In this document: positions 37,038 through 43,344 of the stretch, piece after piece
Numbering within the stretch: the first letter of the stretch is position 1
Layout of the letters: each line of letters starts with the position of its first letter
DNA from: Sulfurimonadaceae bacterium
GTDB lineage: Bacteria; Campylobacterota; Campylobacteria; Campylobacterales; Sulfurimonadaceae
Reading direction: 5' to 3'
Length of the DNA stretch: 43,344 bases
NCBI GenBank assembly: GCA_041571435.1
Contig: JBFFUI010000015.1
Location: 1 to 43,344 of the forward strand
Notes under the pieces: generated by a model
Seen by the model: the letters and a program-made list of their open reading frames with translations, nothing else
Database searches by the model: none
Told to the model about the DNA's origin: nothing
Position numbers and translations under genes: made by a program

Positions 37038-37534
37038 AGCTCTCCCCTCAACAGTCTGAACTCGTTGTAGACTTCACTGAGACTCTGAACAATAAGCAGA
37101 ACAAAAGCGACCGGCATCAAAGATTTGACGATGAAACGATACGGCAGTCCGCCCGGATCGGAAGAGGCTTCCATCTGCTCGAAACTGAGCAGTACAAAGT
37201 CAAAACCGACATAGATGATCAGCAGAGAGAACGGAAGAATGAAAAAGAGTGCTCCGATAATGTTGACAATATGGCGCGTCCTCGCTGAATATCGGTCATA
37301 GAAAATATCCACACGCACGTGCGAAGCTCGCTGAAGCGTGTAGGCGATACCGAACATGATGACCACATCAAAGAGGTGCCACTCCAGCTCCTGCAGCGCA
37401 ATGGAACCTGATTGAAAGAGGTAGCGCATCAAGGCATCGTAAACAACAAGCAGTATCAACGCCGTCAAGGTGACTCCGGCCAGATAGCCCACCCATCTTA
37501 CCGATAATTCCAGAAAACTGAAGGTCTTTTTCAT
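37034..37534 (-). CDS. TRAP transporter small permease (DctQ)
   Basis: MRYLF, LQELEWHL, HVRVDIFY, SDPGGLP; start ATG 37534. Confidence 0.93.
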   Translation of the reverse strand: MKKTFSFLELSVRWVGYLAGVTLTALILLVVYDALMRYLFQSGSIALQELEWHLFDVVIMFGIAYTLQRASHVRVDIFYDRYSARTRHIVNIIGALFFILPFSLLIIYVGFDFVLLSFEQMEASSDPGGLPYRFIVKSLMPVAFVLLIVQSLSEVYNEFRLLRGEL

Positions 37535-38289
37535 AACGATTTCACCCACTCCCAGATCAAGCCGTAATACTCATGGAAAGCCTTGTCACTCCCTTTTAGA
37601 CTTGCGCCGCCGGGCATATGCAGCCACTCGCTCCCACCAACAGCGTAATAGTCGGTAGGGGCTGGTATAGGGTTGAGTCCAAGCGACCTGAAGATCTTGT
37701 ATGCTCTCGGCATATGGGTAGCACTTGTCACCAGGATAAAAGACTGTTTGCCGACAAGTCTTTTCATCGTTTCCGCCTCTTCAAACGTATCTTTGGCCTT
37801 GTCAAACATCAAAATGTCTTCGGCATCGATCCCCAGAGAGAGTGCGACTCTTTTTTGTATGGCTGCATGGGTGTTCGGGTCATGTAGTCCATTGTAACCC
37901 GAGACGATCAGTTTGGCATCTGCAAGACGGTAGTAGTGGCGTATCCCTTCGTTGAGACGGCCCAGAGCTGCTGAGCTCACCTGTGTTGAGATCGGCAGGG
38001 TCGCATCGCTTTTATGCCCGTTGCCAAGCACAAGGATATAGTTTACCTCTGTCGGTGTCTCGATCAGTGCCGGATATTTCTGTTCAAGCGGTTTCACCAA
38101 CATGTCGCTGACCGGTGCGTAGCTGACAAGGGCGATCCAGACAAAGGCCAGAGTAAGCAGCGATTTTGCTGTACGTTGCCGTTCCAGGTAAAGGGCTATA
38201 AGACCGCTGAAAGCGACCAGAAGCCCGATAGAAAGGGGGCCCATCACTTCACCTACTACCTTTTTAAGAACAAAAACCGTATCGATCAT
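37531..38289 (-). CDS. ElyC/SanA/YdcF (DUF218) family protein
   Basis: ILVLGNG, RLNEG, IVSG, DTFEEA, LVTSATHMPRA, PAPTDY, HEYYG. Confidence 0.9.
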   Translation of the reverse strand: MIDTVFVLKKVVGEVMGPLSIGLLVAFSGLIALYLERQRTAKSLLTLAFVWIALVSYAPVSDMLVKPLEQKYPALIETPTEVNYILVLGNGHKSDATLPISTQVSSAALGRLNEGIRHYYRLADAKLIVSGYNGLHDPNTHAAIQKRVALSLGIDAEDILMFDKAKDTFEEAETMKRLVGKQSFILVTSATHMPRAYKIFRSLGLNPIPAPTDYYAVGGSEWLHMPGGASLKGSDKAFHEYYGLIWEWVKSL

Positions 38290-39725
38290 CAGATGAAGTT
38301 GGGCGCATCATTGGCAAAGAGGATAATGTCCCCTGCTCTGGTGCGATCGCCCAACACCTTGGTCAGTTGGCTTTTGTCACGCAGAACAATCTTCTCGGTG
38401 ACCGTAAGGTGCTTGTCAAAGAGTTCCGCATTGAGCTGTCCCGTAATAATAGCAATGTCGCACACTTTGTTGATCGCCTCGATCAGCTCCATATTCAAAG
38501 CTTCAGTACTCTCGACAAGTCCCGGCGTCACAATGACTTTTCGGCCCGGATGCAGTGAGAGCAGACGCACGCCCTCGAGCATGCCGTCGATGTTGCCGTT
38601 GTAGCCGTCATCCAGAATGATCTTGCCGCCAGCATCGATGCGTTGAAGACGGTGTTCGACACTTTCAAGTGCACCGACAGCTTGCACTATAGCTTCGCTC
38701 TTCATGCCCAAAGCATCTGCAACCAGAACAGACGCCTCGAGATTGATGGTATTGAAAGCACCAAGTATTCTGGTCTCGAAATGAAGGTTTTCATCATGAA
38801 GTTGCATATCAAATGAGAGCCCCTCGAGCGTCGCTTCAACGTTATTCACCGCATCACCGAAAAATTCCACTTTGTCATGCGCTTCATCGGTCACCGATTT
38901 GTGGACAAAGGCCTTTTCAAGACGATCCGACTGTATGATCTCAAGCTTGGTACGCTGGATATTTTCTATCGTTTTGAAATACTCCAGGTGCTGCGGCCCC
39001 ACCTTGCCGACGACAGCGATATGCGGGTGCAGAAACTGGGCAATGGTGTAGATGTCACCGCGCAGTCGTGCACCTGCTTCACAGACATAGACCTCGCAGT
39101 CATCCGGCAGGTCCATATTGACGTCACGTACCAGACCGGCGATGGTGTTGACACTTCGCGGCGTGGCATAGACTTTGTACTTTTTCGAGAGCACCTGGGC
39201 GATGAAGTTTTTCATGCTTGTCTTGCCGTAACTACCCGTCACACAGACAATCTTGAGATCCTTGCGCGCCATCAGTTTTTTCTGCGCCTCTTTTTTATAA
39301 GTCATAAAGAGAAAGTTCTCAATCCCCTTGCTGCCGACATACGCCAAAAGCAGCGGGAAAAAGACAAAGGAGAGCCCTTCGAACTCTTTGATCGCTGTCA
39401 GCATGTTGATAAAAAATGTCAGTGCAAAGAGCAGGATCAAAAAGCGTTTGACCCGCCAGGTAAAGACCAGCTTTTTGTCGAGTCTGTAGTACCAGGCACC
39501 AAGAGCAAGGAGGTAGAGTACCAGGACTGCTGCAAAATAGTGCGGTAGTACATAGTAGAGGATAAACGGCAATATGAAAAAGGCAAAATGCCACAGCGGT
39601 TTATGGTGTTTGAGAACCACACGCTCAATTTTATAGTCATACCACTGCAGGTTGGTAATCAGGTAAAAGCCCAGGGCCATCACAAAGATGATGTTGATAG
39701 AAAAAGCTAAAATGTCCACTGACAA
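38289..39725 (-). CDS. murF: Mur ligase (MurF-type) with N-terminal transmembrane segments
   Basis: VTGSYGKTSMK P-loop, SVNT, EAGAR, HRLQ, DDGYNGN; located in the ddl operon. Confidence 0.85.
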   Translation of the reverse strand: MSVDILAFSINIIFVMALGFYLITNLQWYDYKIERVVLKHHKPLWHFAFFILPFILYYVLPHYFAAVLVLYLLALGAWYYRLDKKLVFTWRVKRFLILLFALTFFINMLTAIKEFEGLSFVFFPLLLAYVGSKGIENFLFMTYKKEAQKKLMARKDLKIVCVTGSYGKTSMKNFIAQVLSKKYKVYATPRSVNTIAGLVRDVNMDLPDDCEVYVCEAGARLRGDIYTIAQFLHPHIAVVGKVGPQHLEYFKTIENIQRTKLEIIQSDRLEKAFVHKSVTDEAHDKVEFFGDAVNNVEATLEGLSFDMQLHDENLHFETRILGAFNTINLEASVLVADALGMKSEAIVQAVGALESVEHRLQRIDAGGKIILDDGYNGNIDGMLEGVRLLSLHPGRKVIVTPGLVESTEALNMELIEAINKVCDIAIITGQLNAELFDKHLTVTEKIVLRDKSQLTKVLGDRTRAGDIILFANDAPNFI

Positions 39726-39727
39726 GC

Positions 39728-40465
39728 CTAGTGCTGAAGCGTCTGAAGCACGGTCGTCTCGACCTCTTGTGCGACAGCGTCAGCCTGTTGCATAAAGAAG
39801 TAGTGATCTCCTTCAAAGACAACAAGACGGGCATCACCGATTAGCTCCGTCATTCTTTCAGCGGTATAGAGCGGTGTCGCAGTATCATCTTTACCCCAGC
39901 ACAGCAGCGCTTTTCCGCTGTAGGCTTTAAAGTCGGATGTCAGGTCCTCGTTTACCACGTTTTTAAAGGTCTGATACATGATCTCAGTGAGTTTTTTGGC
40001 ATCATCCGCAACGAAGAATGCGCGCAGCTTGGTCAAGCCAAAAGATTTGAGCAGTTTAAAGAGTACGATCTTTGCGCGGACCTTCAACGGTTTTGGCACA
40101 GGGATACCCGCACTTCCGATCAGGACCAGGATCTGCGGGTTCAGCCGCAGTGCGACTTTTCCACCGAACGAATGGCCTAAAACGATATGGTCCTGATTGG
40201 CATTGATCTGCGCTAAAAAAAGTTCCAGGATATTGGCGTAGTCCTCGGTGACCAGAGGAAGGTTACACGTACTATTACCGAAACCCGGAAGGTCAATATA
40301 CACATGGCGAAACGCATCCATCGTCTTCTCGAACGACTGTTTCATAAGCTCTTTGTTCGCGCCCCATCCGTGCAGGAAGATCAATGTCTTGCTCTTTTCA
40401 GGATTGACAATATCATAAGCGATCTGAAATGTCTGATGTTTGTACTGGATCGATTTAATGGCCAC
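39728..40465 (-). CDS. Alpha/beta hydrolase
   Basis: FLHGWG, DLPGFG, GHSFGG, DTATP, GDHY. Confidence 0.9.
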   Translation of the reverse strand: MAIKSIQYKHQTFQIAYDIVNPEKSKTLIFLHGWGANKELMKQSFEKTMDAFRHVYIDLPGFGNSTCNLPLVTEDYANILELFLAQINANQDHIVLGHSFGGKVALRLNPQILVLIGSAGIPVPKPLKVRAKIVLFKLLKSFGLTKLRAFFVADDAKKLTEIMYQTFKNVVNEDLTSDFKAYSGKALLCWGKDDTATPLYTAERMTELIGDARLVVFEGDHYFFMQQADAVAQEVETTVLQTLQH

Positions 40466-40467
40466 GG

Positions 40468-41508
40468 TTACTTCCCCTTAGCTTGGTTTATAGAGTGAAT
40501 GTACTGATAGTTCACCTGCGGTCGGCGTCTCTGCGGAAGGTTCGCCAACAGTGCATTAATGACATGTTCAAAATCGGCAAAAAGATAATTTGCCATCGAA
40601 CCCGGAATCGGATTGATCTCGTTGAGTAGCACTTCATCCTCGACAACAAAGAAGTCACAGCGGATCAAAGCACCTTCGAACATGTTGGTATAGACCTTGG
40701 TAAACGTCTCCTCAAGCTTTTCAACCAGTGCAGCGTCGATCTGAGCTTCGCTTACCGCAGATGAACGCGAAAAGTCGAGGTATTTTTTGTCAAAGTCCAG
40801 GAACTCGTTTTTCTGCGGCTCTTCAACAATAGAGAAATGGATACCGCCGTTGCTGGCATAACCTGCCAGATTGTACTCTTTGACGCCCTCAATAAACGGC
40901 TCGATGATGATGTTGTCATCAAACTCGAAGGCAACGTCAAGCGCGTACTCGATCTGCGACTCCTCTTTGACAACGCTCACGCCGATAGAGCTCCCGAGAC
41001 GCGCCGGCTTGATGATAAAAGGGAGCTGCGTGCTGATGACACGCGCATCGTTGACGTTCATGCTCTCATAGGCGACCGTCTTGACGCCGATCGCTTCGGC
41101 AAACCACTTGGTGTGTGTCTTGTCGTAACTGAAGACCGATGCGGTAGGACGCGGTCCGATGTAGTCGATGTCATAGAACTCCAGCAGTGAAGCGATCGCA
41201 CCGTCTTCACCGTCAGCACCATGGATAAGGTTAAGCACCGGCATCTCCAGACGTGTTGAACCAAACATCTTCTTCTCGACGAAGGCACCGTTAACCAGTA
41301 AAAGCTGCGGCAGCTTTTTATGTGCACCCGAAGCAAAGGTCTTCGCTACCATTTCGCGCGCACCTATCTTGTAAAAACGGTGGTCCTGGTCACAGAAGAT
41401 AAATTCTAACTCGAAATTGGGTAACTTCTCTTTCACCGTGATCGCACTGACGATACTGATCTCATGTTCATAACTGGCACCGCCAAATAGTATTGCTAAT
41501 TTCAACAT
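40468..41508 (-). CDS. ddl: D-alanine--D-alanine ligase
   Basis: FGGASYEHEISIVSA, HGADGEDG, KPARLGSSIGVS, RCDFF, NEINPIPGS. Confidence 0.96.
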   Translation of the reverse strand: MLKLAILFGGASYEHEISIVSAITVKEKLPNFELEFIFCDQDHRFYKIGAREMVAKTFASGAHKKLPQLLLVNGAFVEKKMFGSTRLEMPVLNLIHGADGEDGAIASLLEFYDIDYIGPRPTASVFSYDKTHTKWFAEAIGVKTVAYESMNVNDARVISTQLPFIIKPARLGSSIGVSVVKEESQIEYALDVAFEFDDNIIIEPFIEGVKEYNLAGYASNGGIHFSIVEEPQKNEFLDFDKKYLDFSRSSAVSEAQIDAALVEKLEETFTKVYTNMFEGALIRCDFFVVEDEVLLNEINPIPGSMANYLFADFEHVINALLANLPQRRRPQVNYQYIHSINQAKGK

Positions 41509-41514
41509 ATTCCT

Positions 41515-42078
41515 TTAAAGTTTCTGTAATTTTTTCAGGGCTTCTTTGACCAAGCCCGATGTATCGGTTGCTGAACAGCCGCTGAGAACTTTTGATATCT
41601 GCTCTTTTTTGAATCCGAGAGACTCCAGCGCCATAGCCGCTTCGCTTGCAGCAGGGTTCGTCATTGTGCTCTGTTCACTCAGTACCGCATCAAAACCGTT
41701 AAGTTCCACCAAGACACGCCCGGCACTTTTGGGACCGATTCCGGGCACTTTTTTAAGCCGATTGATATCGCCGCTGGCGATCACCTCGCCGAACTGTGAA
41801 GCGGAGAAGGTCGAACAGATCGCCATCGCCACCTTCGGCCCGACCCCTGAGATCTTCACCAGTCTCTCAAAAAGCACTTTTTCGCTCTTCTCGACAAAGC
41901 CGTAGAGCAGCTGTGCATCTTCGCGGACGATATGCGACGTGTGCAGTTTAACGCGTTCGCTGCTGATCGCACCGTAGCTCTGCAGCGAGATAAAGACCTC
42001 GTAAATCAGCCCGTTTGTGTTCACATGAACAAAGGTCGGCTCCTTGTGTTCTACTGTCCCCTCTATTCCTACGATCAT
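41515..42078 (-). CDS. ruvA: Holliday junction branch migration protein RuvA
   Basis: VREDAQLLYGF, ISGVGPKVA, VPGIGPKSA, ALESLGF. Confidence 0.97.
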   Translation of the reverse strand: MIVGIEGTVEHKEPTFVHVNTNGLIYEVFISLQSYGAISSERVKLHTSHIVREDAQLLYGFVEKSEKVLFERLVKISGVGPKVAMAICSTFSASQFGEVIASGDINRLKKVPGIGPKSAGRVLVELNGFDAVLSEQSTMTNPAASEAAMALESLGFKKEQISKVLSGCSATDTSGLVKEALKKLQKL

Positions 42079-42278
42079 TCCAGCCCTTGTCTACAGCTCT
42101 ACACAGGATATGGTCTCTTTAAAATACCATCTGTAAAACCGTTCTTATATTTGAAGATACATTTTAATCTAAGATGGGTTAAAATAACGTAAACTTCCGT
42201 AAGGGCAGACAATCAAACACTTTAACCCAGCATCTTTTTTACGTTTTTTTATCACGATTCACCTCGATGCAGGTCATC

Positions 42279-43344
42279 ATGTTTAAGAACATATTCACCA
42301 ATAGTTTCGGTATCCTCTTTTCGCGGATCCTCGGCTTTGTCCGTGACCTGATGACCGCCTCTGTTCTCGGTGCCAACATCTACAGTGATATCTTTTTCAT
42401 TGCCTTTAAACTGCCAAACCTCTTTCGCCGTATTTTTGCCGAAGGCGCCTTTACCCAGGCCTTTATACCTGCCTTTACACGCTCAAAGAACAAAGGTGTC
42501 TTCTCCATTCATATTTTCGGCACCTTCTTTTTTGTCATCGCATTTATCACCATGCTCGTCAACCTTTTCCCGGAGGCGGCAGCCTTTGCTATCGCCATCG
42601 GTTTCGATGCAGAGACGATCACCCTGGCCGGTCCTTTTGTCGCCATCAACTTCTTTTACTTGCCGCTGATCTTCGCCGTCACCTTTTTAAGTACCTTTTT
42701 ACAGTACAGACACCACTTTGCCACGACCGCTTTTGCAACAGGTCTGCTCAACATCGCACTGATAGCGGCACTCTGGCTTGCGCAAGATGGCTCTGATGCG
42801 ACCATCGTTACCTTTCTCAGCTACGGTGTCGTTGCCGGCGGTCTTCTACAGCTGCTGGTCCATCTTATCGCCATACAATATCTCGGTCTGGGCAGACTGC
42901 TTGTCGGCGGTGTCAAGTACTTCAGAGTCAAAGCGGCCAAGATCAAAAAAGAGACCCGCAACTTCAACCGGCAGTTCTTTCCTGCGATCTGGGGTAACTC
43001 TACGGCGCAGTTCTCCGCCTTTTTGGACACCTGGCTGGCCAGTTTTCTAGCCACCGGCGTCATCAGCTATATGTACTATGCCAACCGTATTTTCCAGCTG
43101 CCGCTTGCCCTCTTCGCCATCGCCACCTCGATCGCCCTCTTCCCGCGCATCGCCCGTTTTATCAAGAACAATGACCACGAAAAGGCACTGACCTTTATGC
43201 ACAGAGCCTTCTGGTTTTTAGCCTTTATCCTGATGTTCAGCACCCTCGGCGGATTCGTCCTAAGCGAAGAGATCGTCTGGCTGCTCTTTGAACGCGGGGC
43301 CTTTAGCCATACCGACACCCTCGCGAGCTCGGCCATCCTGCAGA
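42279..43344 (+). CDS. murJ: Lipid II flippase MurJ (partial, runs off the window end; absent from the ORF track)
   Basis: ATG 42279 gives MFKNIFTNSFGILFSRILGFVRD...FKLPNLFRRIFAEGAFTQAFIP, later YYANRIFQLPLALF. Confidence 0.96.
   Translation, partial: MFKNIFTNSFGILFSRILGFVRDLMTASVLGANIYSDIFFIAFKLPNLFRRIFAEGAFTQAFIPAFTRSKNKGVFSIHIFGTFFFVIAFITMLVNLFPEAAAFAIAIGFDAETITLAGPFVAINFFYLPLIFAVTFLSTFLQYRHHFATTAFATGLLNIALIAALWLAQDGSDATIVTFLSYGVVAGGLLQLLVHLIAIQYLGLGRLLVGGVKYFRVKAAKIKKETRNFNRQFFPAIWGNSTAQFSAFLDTWLASFLATGVISYMYYANRIFQLPLALFAIATSIALFPRIARFIKNNDHEKALTFMHRAFWFLAFILMFSTLGGFVLSEEIVWLLFERGAFSHTDTLASSAILQ

Overview
Chromosomal window from a Campylobacterota bacterium (Sulfurimonas/Sulfurovum-like, inferred from gene order, protein style and promoter style). 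It holds about 44 CDS and 3 tRNAs. I found no integrase, transposase, CRISPR array or rRNA. The flanks are housekeeping: apbE, a HAD hydrolase, hemH, glyS, a superoxide-reductase-like gene, udg and ybgC on the left; ribB(A), tRNA-Gln/fMet/fMet, HIT, two OmpA-family genes, TRAP dctQM, elyC-like, murF, ddl, ruvA and a partial murJ on the right. Between them is a ~14 kb block (12131-26458). It combines a retropepsin-rimK-desuccinylase operon, an M42-like peptidase, glutaminase, three Mg2+ transporter families (MgtE, CNNM/DUF21, CorA), an MscS/beta-CASP/LOG operon, a secreted symmetric 6-Cys miniprotein, an acidic His-tailed protein and a decayed Usp-like fragment. This is the best candidate for an uncharacterised system (glutamate-polymer turnover coupled to Mg2+/osmotic homeostasis), but that function is inference. 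Smaller signals outside the ORF track: a probable ACG start for udg, a Fur-like box upstream of the SOR-like gene, a 38-aa membrane sORF after the tRNAs, and a frameshifted gene at the window start. All family calls come from motif recognition by eye; no database searches were run.
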